From assembly GCF_006345805.1 (NCBI RefSeq), contig NC_043017.1, forward strand, positions 11,346,001 to 11,410,000: DNA of 64,000 nucleotides, in the 5' to 3' direction. Below the pieces are notes generated by a model that searched no databases, was not told the origin of the DNA, and saw only the letters and a list, made by a program, of their open reading frames with translations. Below, piece by piece: positions 12,052-25,886 of this stretch. The DNA comes from Octopus sinensis. Taxonomy: Eukaryota. The position numbers and the translations under genes are program-made. Numbering within the stretch: the stretch's first letter is position 1; every line of letters starts with the position of its first letter.

Positions 12052-12607
12052 GTAATTAATGGTATTTCTGATTTTCATTAACGCATTATGTAAAACATTG
12101 TAGTTCAAAGTGACCAAAAGTATTTTCCCAAAATATTTAAATGGTTCTGAGGAAGCTTTAGAATATTACGCAAGCATTCAACCCCAACTGCAATTTTTCT
12201 TATGCCAGAAAAAACATTGTGACCAGTGGTGTATAGCAACATATATATTGGGGTTAAAAGAATTGCCGTAGGGTCCATTTGAACATGTAGCCATGTTGAA
12301 GTGGCTACAAATATTCTTTGTACAAATACTGCCCTGATCTCTTAGAAAGATTTTAGAACTAGCATTTTGCTTCCATATTTATATGTGTGTGTATATATAT
12401 ATATATATATGCATATAAATATGTAATATATATATATATATATATCCCTCTCTCTCTTTCGGAGAGGCACAAGCACCTACACGCACATATACACACATGG
12501 CAGTAACTTCCGCCTGCCGAATTCAATCACAAAGCTTCGGTCGGCTTGGGGCTATAGTGGAAGACACCTACCCAAAGTGCCACGCAGTGGGACTGAACCC
12601 GGAACCA

Positions 12608-12858
12608 TAGGTTGATGCATAATTATCGTGGCTTTTTTGCAAAAAATTTTATTCAACAAAAACAATAACAACATTTAACAAAAACATCTCTAAATGTTTA
12701 TTCCGAGGCATATGCACCATCTACTTCAATTACTGCTTCCCATTTGCTTGGCAGCCGGTCAGAATAATGATTTAAAAATGCTTTTGTTAAATGTTATTAT
12801 TGCTTTTGGTGAATAAAATTTATTGAAAAAAAGCCGCAATAATTATGCACCAACCTAA
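12608..12858. mobile_element. mariner-type MITE (Hsmar1/MADE1-like termini)
   Basis: TAGGTTGATGCATAATTAT...ATAATTATGCACCAACCTAA, about 80-bp imperfect TIRs, TA at the right flank. Confidence 0.75.
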
Positions 12859-13091
12859 TATATATATACTGGAGTAAACACATAAATATGAAACAAGGTG
12901 GAAAAAAGAGTACTCAAATATCAGTGGTAGAGTAATATGCTTTATTTAAAGCATCAGAAAATTCAACAAAACCTGTTACTTTGAGTTTCATGTTCCCGTT
13001 TGTCGGACAGTTTTTGCTATATTATATATATATAAATATATAAGGTAGAAAATATCTTAGTGGGGGAACACACGTGGTTGGATATATATAT

Positions 13092-13431
13092 AGAAAGAGA
13101 AAAGATGAAAAAACCCAGACAATTTGTTTTACAGGATTGAGGAGTATTTTAGAGTCATAATAATAATAATAATAATATTATACAATTTTGTACAAAATAA
13201 GATTTTGGTCTTTCAACATATTAGTAAGTAATATGTCTTCCACCAAGCAATATATGTATTTTTCTACGCTTAGCTTCATGAGCAATGCGAAACCGATTCT
13301 TACTTTAATTATGTTGAAAGAACAAATTTTATTTTGTACAAAATGGTATGATATCTTTAATATTATGACTCTAAAATACTCCTTAATCCTGTAAAACAAA
13401 TCGTCTGTATTTTTTCATCTTTTCTCTTTCT
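13092..13431. repeat. Foldback element, about 135-bp imperfect arms
   Basis: AGAAAGAGAAAAGATG...TTCAACATATT pairs with AATTATGTTGAA...CATCTTTTCTCTTTCT. Confidence 0.8.
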
Positions 13432-13433
13432 GT

Positions 13434-13471
<38 letters not shown>

Positions 13472-13792
13472 CACAAACACCCACACACACACATATACAC
13501 ACACACAAACATACACACACACACACACGCACAACACACACATATACACAATAGAATTCTTTTAGTTTCCATCTACCAAATCCACTCACAAGGCTTTGGT
13601 TGAACTGAGAATATTGTAGAAGACACAAGCTGAAGGTGGTATGCAATGGGATTGAACCCAGAACCATGTGGTTGGGAAGCAAGCTTCTTACCACACAGCC
13701 ATGCCAGTACCTAAATGTTTTATATTTATCGACATTTATAATGTAAACTTGTGCCATCCTCTTTTTCCATTGTAAATTTCTGATCCATTTAG

Positions 13793-13987
13793 CCAAATGC
13801 GATACAGAAGCTGTCGAAAATGGAAAAGTTGTTGATGACGAGGGAACTGAAATAAGGACCGCAGTTCATTCTCAACAAGTCCTGATTCTCTGTAACAATG
13901 GTTACCGACTTCCAAGAGAGAATGCTGCAAGTATGATAAAGTGCTATTACGGAGAATGGACGTACCCTTTCCCTGCTTGTGTTCCAG
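13793..13987 (+). CDS. CCP/Sushi exon A6 (not in the ORF track)
   Basis: catttag acceptor, G|GTAAGA donor, 195 nt. Hand translation: KCDTEAVENGKVVDDEGTEIRTAVHSQQVLILCNNGYRLPRENAASMIKCYYGEWTYPFPACVP. Confidence 0.92.
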
Positions 13988-14246
13988 GTAAGATGTTTTA
14001 CCATTTTCATCAATAAATATTTACCTTTGTATTATTTTATTTGTTTCAGTCATTGGCCTGTGGCCATGCTGGGGCACCATATTGGAGAGAATTTAGGCGA
14101 ATAAATCATATATCACTTATTCTATCGGACTCTTTTGCCAAACTGCTAAGTTATGGCGATATAAACAAACCAACACTGGTTATAAAGTAACTGGTGGGAC
14201 TGGGAGAAGCACACACACATACACACACAAATTATATATATATATG

Positions 14247-14303
<57 letters not shown>

Positions 14304-15149
14304 GTGTATAGTTTCTGTCTACAAAATTCATTAATAGAGCACTGGTTGGCCCAAGGTTATAGTAGAAAACACTTGCCCAAAATCTTGTGATTGCAAAGCA
14401 AGCTTCTTAACCAAGCAGCTATGCTTACTGCACTTTTTTTTTCAAAATTATTGAAATTTTTTGGTTGCTTTTCTCCTTTTTTTTCCATTTTTTTCTTGCA
14501 AACATAAACCCCTGAGTTGATTTGGCAAGTATGGTGAAAGCTAACATTTGTTAAGGAGGTCTAATAAGTCAGGAACATGTTTAAAGTTATTTCCCCTCAC
14601 TGGCTGAAGTTCTGAAAGTAATAGTGTAAATGACTTTATGTCATCATATCCATACTAAATAATAGTTATTTTTAATTAGAGTTTTGATAATGAAGCAAAC
14701 TAACAAAGTTATTAGAACATTGGACAAAATGCCTTGCAGTATTTGTTCTAACCATCTACATTCTGATTTAGATAAATTTCAATCTCAGGAACTCATAAAC
14801 TTGAGGCAGATTTTAGGCCGTTTGCTTTCATCAGCATTTAATAACCATTTTTGGCATGTTGTCATGGTTTGGCAGGAGCCAATATGCTAGAGGACCATGT
14901 TGCACTCCAATGTCTGTCTTTGTTGGCTTGATTCTCCATAGCTGGATGCCCTTCCAAGTGCTAATGTCTTTATAGAGGGTAGTGAGGGCATTTTCATAAT
15001 ACTGCCATTAGTGAGATGAACAAGTAACTTGAAAGACAAGACCCCTCAATTGAGTGGGGCTGTAGGTTTGAAAGATATGAAAGTATGATAGAAGGACAGG
15101 AACAGGTGTCTTGCTGTAGGGGAAGTACATGGCTTCCTCAACTAGATAG

Positions 15150-15207
<58 letters not shown>

Positions 15208-15729
15208 GGTGAAGATGAACACTCAAGGTACAAGGGGAATTATGATATATATATAGAGAGAGAAAGAACTGGAATAGGGGAAGAGAAAGGGTGACTGGGT
15301 AAGTAGGTAAGTTGGCTAGAATGGGACAGGAGCGTGACATAATAATCATACACAACAAACAAGCAAAAATATTATCCACTTACATAAAGCATGGTTGATG
15401 ATATCTTTGCTCACAGGCTGTGTATATTTATTATCTCATTCTATATGTTAGTATAAAATACATTACAGCACCAACCAGTCACCGCATCCCCGAAACAGCT
15501 GTAAAGGATCACTCTCATCCTGCAACCCAAAAATGAATATGTAATATCTCACACAAACAAACATCCACCATCCACAATTCTTTGTCCATCTTCTGTTTAT
15601 TTATCATTCGCTTGAGCTCTGTATTTCTTAGAGCCAACTGTTGTTCTGCTAAACTATTTTACCCTAATTAGTAAGTTGGAGGTTCAGCAACTTGTTAATT
15701 CTAATGATTTTAATTACCTATTTCAACAG

Positions 15730-15939
15730 AAAACTGCTCAGCCAATGCCGTGTTAAATGGTCAAGTGAGTTACAATGACAGTGTTGTTGAGTTCAACATG
15801 CTTGACCCGAAACCTTTACAGGTGCCTCACAAACAATATGTGGAGGTATCTTGTATGAATGGTTTCAGTACAACGGATCGAACTAAAGTCATGTGCGTGT
15901 CAGGCAAATGGTTACAGCGCTTTCCAACCTGTTACCCAA
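15730..15939 (+). CDS. CCP/Sushi exon A7
   Basis: caacag acceptor, A|GTAAGA donor, 210 nt. NCSANAVLNG...QVPHKQYVEVSCMNGFSTTDRTKVMCVSGKWLQRFPTCYP. Confidence 0.92.
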
Positions 15940-16059
15940 GTAAGATTTTGTTATTCCTCTATTCTTCTGTTCTATTCCTCTATTCCTCTATTCTATTGTT
16001 ATTCCTCTATTCTTCTGTTCTTTTATTCCTATATTATAGTATTTCAGCCATTATATACC

Positions 16060-16290
16060 TATTTCTTTATTACCCACAAGGGGCTAAACACAGAGAGGAC
16101 AAACAAGGACAGACATAGGTATTAGGGCGATTACATCGACCCCAGTGCGTAACTGGTACTTAATTTATCGACCCCGAAAGGATGAAAGGCAAAGTCGACC
16201 CCGGCGGAATTTGAACTCAGAACATAGCGGCAGACGAAATACCGCTAAGCATTTCGCCCGGCGTGCTAACGTTTCTACCAGCTCGCCGCC
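16060..16290 (-). mobile_element. SINE family D
   Basis: 8-bp TSD TATATACC at 16052-16059 and 16291-16298. Confidence 0.85.
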
Positions 16291-16569
16291 TATATACCAG
16301 CCATTGGGTGGTGGCTATGCTGGGACACTGTCAGTAAGGGATTTTGTTCGTCATGTGGGTCATGCACATGTTGCAATGAGTTAAACATTTATTTTACTGA
16401 TTTCTGTCTGCTGAAATGCTACATTATGGAACACATACACACATGCATGCGCATACACACATGCACATACATACACATGCACACACATACATACAAACAT
16501 ACACATATGCACACACACATACACACCCACATACATATATACATACAAACATACACATGCACACACATG

Positions 16570-16890
16570 TGGTGACCCCCTTCGGTCAGACACTGACCAT
16601 GGGTTTGCACCTAGAGAGTTACCCTCTAAGGCACAAGTCTGGGCAAGGTTGTTTCATGGAAGACCAGCAGTCGCCCATGCATACCGGCCTCCCCTCTCCA
16701 CGCCACCAGTGTTATCCAAGGGAAAGGCAAAGGGGCTGATACAGTTTGGCACCTGTGACGTCGCAACTCATTTCTACAGCTGAGTGAACTGGAGCAACGT
16801 GAAATAAAGTGTCTTGCTCAAGAACACAACACGCAGCCCGGTCCGGGATTCGAGCTCACAACCTCACGATCGTAAGCTCGACGCTCTAAC
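16570..16890 (-). mobile_element. tRNA-derived SINE, family F
   Basis: Near-identical second copy at 52861-53198. The tRNA-like head and TTGAGCAAGACAC core are on the minus strand. Confidence 0.8.
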
Positions 16891-17601
16891 CACTGAGCCA
16901 CGCGCCTTCACACATGTACACACATGTACATACATGCAAACAAACACACGTGCACACATTTACATATATATATATGTTTGTATATGTGGTTGCCAATTGA
17001 TACTTGCTACTGAGGAAGTCCAAAAGTGCAGAAATACATATTTAACAATGTGACCACCACTTCTGGTTGACTTTCTTCTAATACTAATATATTTTTTTGT
17101 TTCTCGTTGCTATTATAACCTATGAGATAATTTCTTAAAATAAATAATACAGTTTATCAGGTTTTCAACGATATAACTGCTTTAAGTATTAGACACAGAT
17201 TGCTATTTTGAACTAATACTGCATCTCTGCAATTTTTTCTCCTAATTTTTCTTTCTACTCATCTATCCATCCTGTAGAAGAGCATATGCTCGAAATATTA
17301 AAGATGTGTTCCAAGTTTCCTTGAGCATCAACCTAATACACTCTGTTTGCTTTTTTGTGATTGTGTGTGTGTGTGTGAGTATACACAGACATATATAAAC
17401 AGAAAATATTTATAATATAATATGTGTGTGTGTATATTTTTTGACCGCAAGCACTTGAAGTACTCTACAAACATTGTTATTCGTCCACCCCTTGATTGAT
17501 CTCTTCACAATCCCTCACACAGACCCATCAATCCATCCATCTGAATATATTTAAGTCTATCTCTTTCTCTCTCTCTCACGCTCTCTTTCTTCCTGCCACA
17601 G

Positions 17602-17802
17602 ACAGCTGCCATGCTTATACTGTAGCAAATGGAATCACACACATTATAGAACAGAATTCAGTTTTGAAGGAATGGGGTCAACTTGTGCCTCACGGACTGA
17701 GTGTTAATATCACCTGTAAGATCGGACATGAGTTGTCTGGACCTTCTAATTTAAAGTGTCTCTATGGAAACTGGACTGGAGATTTTCCGGAATGTACACC
17801 AA
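17602..17802 (+). CDS. CCP/Sushi exon A8
   Basis: ccacag acceptor after a CT tract, A|GTAAGT donor, 201 nt. SCHAYTVANG...LVPHGLSVNITCKIGHELSGPSNLKCLYGNWTGDFPECTP. Confidence 0.93.
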
Positions 17803-19380
17803 GTAAGTTGTATTTTGATAATTTAACTTTTTTTCTTCCCATATTTCTGTTGAAATACTTTAAATTTATTTCAAATAATTTTTGAAATATTTTAAAGAAT
17901 TTAATAATTGTTTATCTTTTATTTCTTACTTGTTTCAGTCATTAACTTGTGGCCATGCTGAGGCACTACTGAGGGGTTTTTAGTTGAACAAATTGACCCC
18001 ACTCAGTCTTATTTTGCCAAATTTCTAAGTTACAAGGATGTAAACAAACCAATGCAAGTTGTCAGGTGAACGTAGAGGATAAAGGCAAAAACATACACAT
18101 ATATGCATATACGGAGGGATTCTTTCGGTTTCTGTTAACCAAATCCACTCACAAGACTTTAGTTGGTTTGGTGCTGTGGTAGAAAGCACATGCCAAAGGT
18201 GCCACTCAGTGTGACTGAACCTAGAACCATGAGATTGGAAAGTAATCTTCTTACCTCACTACCAAACTGATATTTCGAACATAAATTAACATAAAATTTT
18301 AATGGAAGGTTTTAATTTGGATCACTTTAAAATAGGAAGTCTGTATCATAGAACTAAGGGCAGTCTCAGACAATTTGGTATCAAAAGGGTTCACAAAGAA
18401 CACACTTGGTTGAATAAAAGTACGCAACTGCAGGCTGATAGAGTTTGGTAGTCCATGTCGTATCCCCAGCAAACCTCATTGTAAATAGTGTGACAATAAA
18501 ATAAAGTGGTGTCATATGAAATTGTCACCCATAATTATGACCCTAGTATCGATCTATTGCATTTCAATCTATTTTAGATTTAGGGTTTGTTAGGGTTAGG
18601 GTTAGGGATGGGGGAAGGGTATCTTTTTTTCTTCACAAATGTAAATAAACCTAATGTGTTTCTTAAACGAGGGACATATTCATACGGCACAAAATGCTTT
18701 TTAACTCAATAGACGCCAGTGATTGGTTGAAATTGCAGAAATTGAAGAAATCAAAGACCAAATCTCTTACAAACTTCAGAATTTTCTCAATAAAGCCAAA
18801 AGATTCTACCAGTATACGAAGTTTAAAATTTTTTAGTTACCTAGAAATTATGTTAAAAACTGCCGTTCAAACCAAAAAGATACGTAGATTAAGCTTTAGT
18901 TATCTGCTTCAAGATCCACTGCTCCAAAAAAAGAATCATTTTATATTCTCTTGAAGTTTATAAACTTTCATGATGTCAACTGGAGGAATTGTTCTGAGGG
19001 ATCAATAACATATCGGCAAACAGAACAGGTCAAGAATTTATTAGTTCTTATCACAAAATAGAGAAACGTGAGAAAATGTAAGAGACTTTTGCAAGTGAAA
19101 AATTATTCAGCAATGATTTTACCAAATGGCATTCTTGACATAAATTATGTTGTATTGAAATGTTATATAACAGTTAAAATATGATATCTTATAAAATATA
19201 GAATAAAAGTAATATATTTCTAAATCTCTTGGAGAGATTTATGCAGCAGAAGCATGATAAAGTGATAGTATGTTGTCAACTTAATGGTGCCCAGGGCTAA
19301 ATAACAGTAGCATTCTTCCCTTTTATGGGACTGTCACATTAAGTTGACAACATACTATCACTTCAAAATATCGAATGTTA

Positions 19381-19710
19381 TAGGAGCACTCCGTCGGTTA
19401 CGACGACGAGGGTCCCAGCTGATACGATCAACGGAACAGCTTGCTCGTGGAATTAACGTGCAAGTGACTGAGCAATCCACAGACACAAGTACCCTTAATG
19501 TAGTTCTCAGGGAGATTCATCGTGACACAGAGTGTGACAAGGCCGGCCCTTTGAAATACAGGTACAACTCATTTTTGCCAGCTGAGTGGACTGGAACAAC
19601 GTGAAATAAAGTGTCTTGCTCAAGGACACAACGCATCGCCGGGAATCGAACTCACGACCTTACAATTGTCAGCCGAATGCCCTAACCACTAAGCCATGCG
19701 CCTTCACTTA
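19381..19710 (-). mobile_element. SINE family C (different head and core, same 3' half as family B)
   Basis: Head plus CCTTGAGCAAGACAC core, followed by the family B tail. Related copies near 8620-8925 and 30360-30620. Confidence 0.75.
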
Positions 19711-19992
19711 TCGAATGTTATAATATGTCAGGAGAGCAGCAAATTGATAGAATTGGTTGAGAGCTTGAAGAAATGATTGCTGTCATATTCTGGACATTTC
19801 TCTGGGCCAAGTGAGAGAGAGCGAGAGAGAGAGAGAGCCAAAGAGGTGTTCTCTGTTTTGCCCACAACTACATGAGTTGAAAGAAGACAATTGGGGGCAG
19901 CTGTTTGGACAATGATAATTTGACCAACTGGATGTTTGAGCTGTTTTGGCACTATAGGCACACACACACACACACATACACATACATATATG

Positions 19993-20037
<45 letters not shown>

Positions 20038-20282
20038 TTAGCATGTTTTTCCCTGCTGGCATGGGTTAGACAGTTTGACTGGAGCTGGTAGGCCAGAGAG
20101 TAGCACCAGGCTCCAGTATGGTTTGGCTTGGTTTCTATGGCTGGATGCCATTCCTAATGCCAACCACTCCACAGAGTGTACTGGGTGCCTTTTATGTGTA
20201 ACTAGCACAGGCCACAACCACAACCACAACCACAACCACAACTACGATTTCACTTAGCTTAACATATCTTCTCAAGTACACA

Positions 20283-20372
<90 letters not shown>

Positions 20373-20579
20373 GGCTTCTTTCAGTTTCCTTCAACCAAAT
20401 CCATTCGCAAAGATTTAATCAGTTCAGGGCTATAGCAGAAGACACTTATGCAAGCTGCCAGACAGTGGGATTGAACCTGAAGCCATGTAGTTGAGAGGCA
20501 AACCTCTCGCCACTTTGCCACTCTGGCATCTTTTTTTTTTTCATTTATTTATTTATTTACTTATTTATTTCTTTTTCAG

Positions 20580-20765
20580 AGAGTTGTCCAGCTATAAAAG
20601 TAAAGAACGGTAAAGAGAGCTATGTCGATGATGAAGCCACCTCCTTTGTGAAGCATGATATGTTTCTACACATAAGTTGCGATGAGGGTTACCAGCTTGA
20701 TGGTGCCAGTAAAATTAAATGTTCCCAAGGTTTCTGGTGCTCTCCTTCACCAAAATGTGAACCGA
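20580..20765 (+). CDS. CCP/Sushi exon A9 (extra Cys after the Trp)
   Basis: tttcag acceptor, A|GTAAGT donor, 186 nt. SCPAIKVKNGKESYVDDEATSFVKHDMFLHISCDEGYQLDGASKIKCSQGFWCSPSPKCEP. Confidence 0.93.
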
Positions 20766-21079
20766 GTAAGTTTCTTAATTACTTTTTTTCTATGTCTTCT
20801 TCTTTTTTGCTATTTGTTTTAAATCTTGTTATAATTATTATTATTATTATCATTATTATTATTATTATTATTATTACTTTTCTCACAAAGAATTCATAGC
20901 TCTGTAATTTCAGACTATGTTTTTCGAATTGTATAAGCATTAGCAGCAGCAGCAGCAGCAACAACAACAACAACACTGCCACCATCACCACCAATAACAG
21001 CAACAACATCAACAACAATACTATTTCCACCACCACCACCACCACCACCACTATCCCCACCACCAATAACAACAAAAAT

Positions 21080-21110
<31 letters not shown>

Positions 21111-21302
21111 GTACTGCTAAAAATATTCACTTACATGTATGAAATGTTCTAAAATTTTCATGTAATCAGATATGGAGAAAGAAAAAAACAAAACAAAAGA
21201 AGAAAAGAAATGAAAAATAAAAGAAAAAAACTTCTGTAAAAATAAATTTCATTGTTTTAATTCTCTGGATTTTTAACTCCACCTTCATCAAATAAACCTA
21301 AC

Positions 21303-21344
<42 letters not shown>

Positions 21345-22118
21345 GCTGATTTTTCAATCAGAATTTGGTTCAATTTTCGGGTACGTGGTCTTTTGTAATC
21401 CGCGTAACGACCAATGCGGTTTATTGTTTGAATGTTGACCTTGAAGCATGACGAGCTTCCATTCTTATATTAGGAGATGGATCTGTCAGTTTAGGGTTCT
21501 CTACATGTAAGCATTGCTCATGGCGCAGCTTCTTAAGGCTAACAGATCTATATATGGCACAGAACTTCCAACCTGTTGTCTCTTGAGGTCTCTGGGTGAG
21601 ACTTGGAGCCAACTTGTACAGACATAAAGCAAAAGTCAAACATAGAATAATAATAATAATAATAATAAGAAGAAGAAGAAGAAGAAAGGTTTCAAATTTT
21701 GACACAAGGCCAACACAAGGGTTCAATAATATCAACCCCAGTGCTCAGCTATTTTATCGACCCTGAAAGGGATGAAGGGCAAAGTTGACCATCGTAGACT
21801 TTGGACTCAGAATGCCTGCTAATGATTCTGTCAGTTTGCCACCTTAATAACAATAATGAAATCAAACATTGATGAGGTTGATAAAATGATGAAGGAAACT
21901 AAGAGATCACAGGCATTACCATATTTGGAGATATAGAAGTAAATGATGGAGAGGTGGGAAAGGATGAGAGGTACAAGCCAAGACAAGATTGTATGAATAG
22001 GGACCCTGGGAGGATTAACAACCAGGTATGAGAAATTGGGTTTGACATGAGGTCAGAACATGCTCAGAAAACTTGTTTTTTTGAGGACAGCAAGGATTTT
22101 GAGATTGGTACTTGGATA

Positions 22119-22534
22119 CTCTTTACTCTTCTACTCTTTTAGTTGTTTCAGTCATTTGACCGCGGCCATGCTGGAGCACCGCCTTTAGTCGAGCAACTCG
22201 ACTCCGGGACTTATTCTTTGTAAGCCCAGTACTTATTCTATCGGTCTCTTTTTGCCGAACCGCTAAGTGACGAGGACATAAACACACCAGCATCGGTTGT
22301 CAAGCAATGCTAGGGGGACAAACACAGACACACAAGCACACACACATACATATATATATATGCATATATATGACGGGCTTCTTTCAGTTTCCGTCTACCA
22401 AATCCACTCACAAGGCTTTGGTCGGCCCGAGGCTATAGTAGAAGACACTTGCCCAAGGTGCCACGCAATGGGACTGAACCCGGAACCCTGTGGTTGGTAA
22501 ACAAGCTATATACCACACAGCCACTCCTGCGCCT
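22119..22534 (-). mobile_element. SINE family A, full length
   Basis: Reverse complement of 486-884. Confidence 0.85.
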
Positions 22535-22704
22535 ATGTTAAGTATTGTGGAAGAAGAGTCTGTTAAACCGTTGACTACAGGTTGCCGTCCACTCTTACAG
22601 AATTAGATGGAGCAAGTGAAATCAAAAGCTCTGAGAAGTGAAACTGACGCCGCCGCCGATGACGCTGACGATAGACTCTTCTGTTGAAGATGATGTATGA
22701 GTGT

Positions 22705-23712
22705 TTAGTTTTTGTTGAATAATTGTGGAACAAGAGAAAAGGACAGGAATGGGATTCAAAGAGAGCTTGTTAAACAGATTGAAAGGAAACTTTTACATGG
22801 TCAGTTTTGGAAAACCCCTGAGGATGTATGTGGAATAAAATCCTGGGTTTGGTTAAAAAATAAAAGAAAGCCTAATTATTGCAATTCAAGATTGAGTGAT
22901 AAAAATAAACAACCTGAGAGACTGTGTATATAGGAAGAAAGTGTGAAAAAAAATGCAAAATCTGTAGAATTTGGAATGTGTGGAAGCACTCCGTCAGTTC
23001 CGACGACGAGGGTTCCGGTTGATCCGATCAACGGAACAGCTGCTCGTGAAATTAACGTGTAAGTGGCTGAGCACTCCACAGACACGTGTACCCTTACCGT
23101 AGTTCTCGGGGATATTCAGCGTGACACAGAGAGTGACAATGCCGGCCCTTTGAAATACAGGTACAACAGAAACAGGAAGTAAGAGTGAGAGAAAGTTGTG
23201 GTGAAAGAGTACAGCAGGGTTCACCACCATCCCTGCCGGAGCCTCATGGAGCTTTAGGTGTTTTTGCTCAATAAACACTCACAACGCCCGGTCTGGGAAT
23301 CGAAACCGCGATCCTATGACCACGAGTCCGCTGCCCTAACCACTGGGCCATTGCGCCTCCACAGAATTTGGAATGAGACTGTGGAACACATTGTTGCAGA
23401 ATGTCCCATGGTGACACAGGGAGAATATATGAGATAGAGGCATGTTCAAATTGTGAAAATTTTGCACTGGAAGCCTTGTCAGAAGTAGAGATTTGAATCT
23501 GGATGTCCATAGTGTGGATCATCAGTTTGAAAGAGAACTGACGGAGAAGAAATGCAAAATTTTATGGGATTTTTCTATTCAAATAGATAAGAAGTTTGAA
23601 AATAATAAATCAGATACAACAATAATAGACAAGAAAAAAAAAAACAAAGTAGCTTACTAATTGATCCATCATGCCTGTTTGATTCCAGGAATATAAAGAA
23701 AGAGGATGAAAA
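22705..23712 (+). mobile_element. RLE-type LINE 3' remnant split by SINE B
   Basis: LHGQFW, KSWVWLK, ETVEHIVAECP, ILHWK, KILWDFSIQID in broken frames. Confidence 0.7.
22979..23362 (-). mobile_element. tRNA-derived SINE, family B, inserted in a LINE remnant
   Basis: 13-bp target-site duplication AGAATTTGGAATG at 22966-22978 and 23363-23375. Head TGGCCCAGTGG...GGTTTCGATTCCC. Confidence 0.88.
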
Positions 23713-24394
23713 ACAAGTTCAGTGGGACTGAACCCAGAACCATGTGACTAGGGAGCAAACTTCTTTTCTACTCTGGGCACTAGGCCTGAAATTTTGGGGA
23801 GGGGACCAGTCAATTAGATCGACCTCACTATGCAAATGGTACTTAATCTATCGATCCCAAAAGGATGAAAGATAAAGTCAACCTTGGCTGAATGTGAACT
23901 CAGAATGTGAAGACAGATGAAATACTGCTAAGCATTTTGCCCGGTGTGCTAACAATTCTGCCAGCTCACCGCATTCAAGCACGGTATATTGCCAAAGGTC
24001 TCAGTCACTTGTCACTGCCTCCTTGTATATGCAATGGGGTACCCAAAAAAAACTGGAATCTTGCAATATTCTTCTATTCACTTAGTTTTACATGTTTACG
24101 CTTTTATTGCCTTCAAAGTATTCTCCATTTCAAGCAATGCATCAGTCCAGCTGCATTTTCCGCTGTTCAAAACATTATTAGCATTTTGTTTTTCCTCCTC
24201 ATCACCATTGTAATCATCATCATCCTCATCATGAGCACCACCATCACCGCCGCTACCGCATGCCACCACTGACGTCACCACCACTACCACCACCCATATC
24301 CTTACTTATTGTTGATCTACTTTGATGTTAATCTTTTACTTTTTTCTTTATTTTTCTCCCCCCACCATGCGACCTCTCTCTACCCCCTCCCTAG

Positions 24395-24589
24395 AGCAAT
24401 GTCTGGTGAAGGAAGTAACTGGTGGCACCATTCAAGTAAATGGTAAACAACTGGTCGTTTACGATAAACCGGTGGATCATCTGAGCATCGCTGTCATGAA
24501 ATGTCATCACAGCTTTGTCGTCAATGGAATACCAAAAGTGCAATGCCTCTTTGGTAAATGGTCTTCGGAATTTCCTACATGTAATGAAC
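24395..24589 (+). CDS. CCP/Sushi exon A10
   Basis: ccctag acceptor, C|GTAAGT donor, 195 nt. QCLVKEVTGG...PVDHLSIAVMKCHHSFVVNGIPKVQCLFGKWSSEFPTCNE. Confidence 0.92.
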
Positions 24590-24870
24590 GTAAGTACAGA
24601 CGTAAACTATCCTAACATCTTGATTAACAATAAATGAAAACAAAAAAAAAGCACAAAAAATATAAAAATGAAATGAAGAACAAAACAAGAAGAGCAAAAA
24701 ACAAATTATCTAACGAACAAAGAAAAAATAAAATTAGAGACAAAAAATGGGGTTTTTTCCCTTTTTTCACCATTTGTTTCTTACATATATTTTTTTATGT
24801 TTTGACATTTTTCTTGTATTTTTTTGTTGATCTGCATGTAATTAATTAATATATATACATATGTGTATAT

Positions 24871-24929
<59 letters not shown>

Positions 24930-24934
24930 GTACA

Positions 24935-24981
<47 letters not shown>

Positions 24982-25845
24982 CAATAAAATGAATCTTTAA
25001 GTATATAATAATGAAAATATAATTGTAATCATAATTATATAGTTAAAAATTAATTTTACCGATATGGTGTTTTTTATACGTTAGTCACTGATATAATCAT
25101 TTTAATGATTATATCCTCAATTTATAAATACATATATAACATACATATATATATATACACACACACACACATATATGTATATGTGTATACATATGTGTGT
25201 GTGTATATATAAATGTATATATAGATATATATGCACAAATACATGTCATGTGCATATATGTATATATATATACACACACATTCATATATATATATACATA
25301 TATGTACATATATATACATATATATGGGAGAAGAACACATAACATCCAGACAGTTAGGTGATACAAAAAATGGACAACAAAACATCCAGATAGACGATAC
25401 AAAGAAAACAAGGACAGGTCATTCGGAGTTTTCTTTCCTCAGTCGTGCAACATCTATTTTCCTCCCTGTGCTTGTCAACCTTATGTCCCTGCCATAAGGC
25501 TTTACTTTCACACACAACAGCTTAATTTAATTCGTCCTTAGTCAAAAGACATCCGTTGTTAATGTCCTGTTATTTGTATTTGTGTACCATTTCTCCATTT
25601 TTCCCATCTTTGTTTTCATATACATTCACTGCTTTCTTCCAAGGAATCTAGTACTCTTAGCTTATTTTTTCCTTGGGGTTGGCCAGATTGGAGCAATCTT
25701 GAGTATAACCAGCCAAAATTGCAAAGATAATCTGGAACTTGACTGAGGAAAGAAAACTCCGAATGACCCGTCCTTGCTTTCTTTGTATTGTCTGTCTGGA
25801 TGTTTTGCATTCTTGTCCCATTTTTGCATTTTTTATATGCATATA

Positions 25846-25886
<41 letters not shown>

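Noticed and set aside
18580-18607. Four TTAGGG units
   Set aside because: Too short, and embedded in what looks like a dispersed repeat; no evidence of a telomeric fusion.
25329-25815. CTGAGGA...CGAA hammerhead-like motif in the repeat family at 25.3-25.8, 37.5-37.8 and 49.2-49.4 kb
   Set aside because: No stem I, GAAT instead of GAAA, and no consistent NUH triplet. The family may be Penelope-derived but a ribozyme is not supportable.
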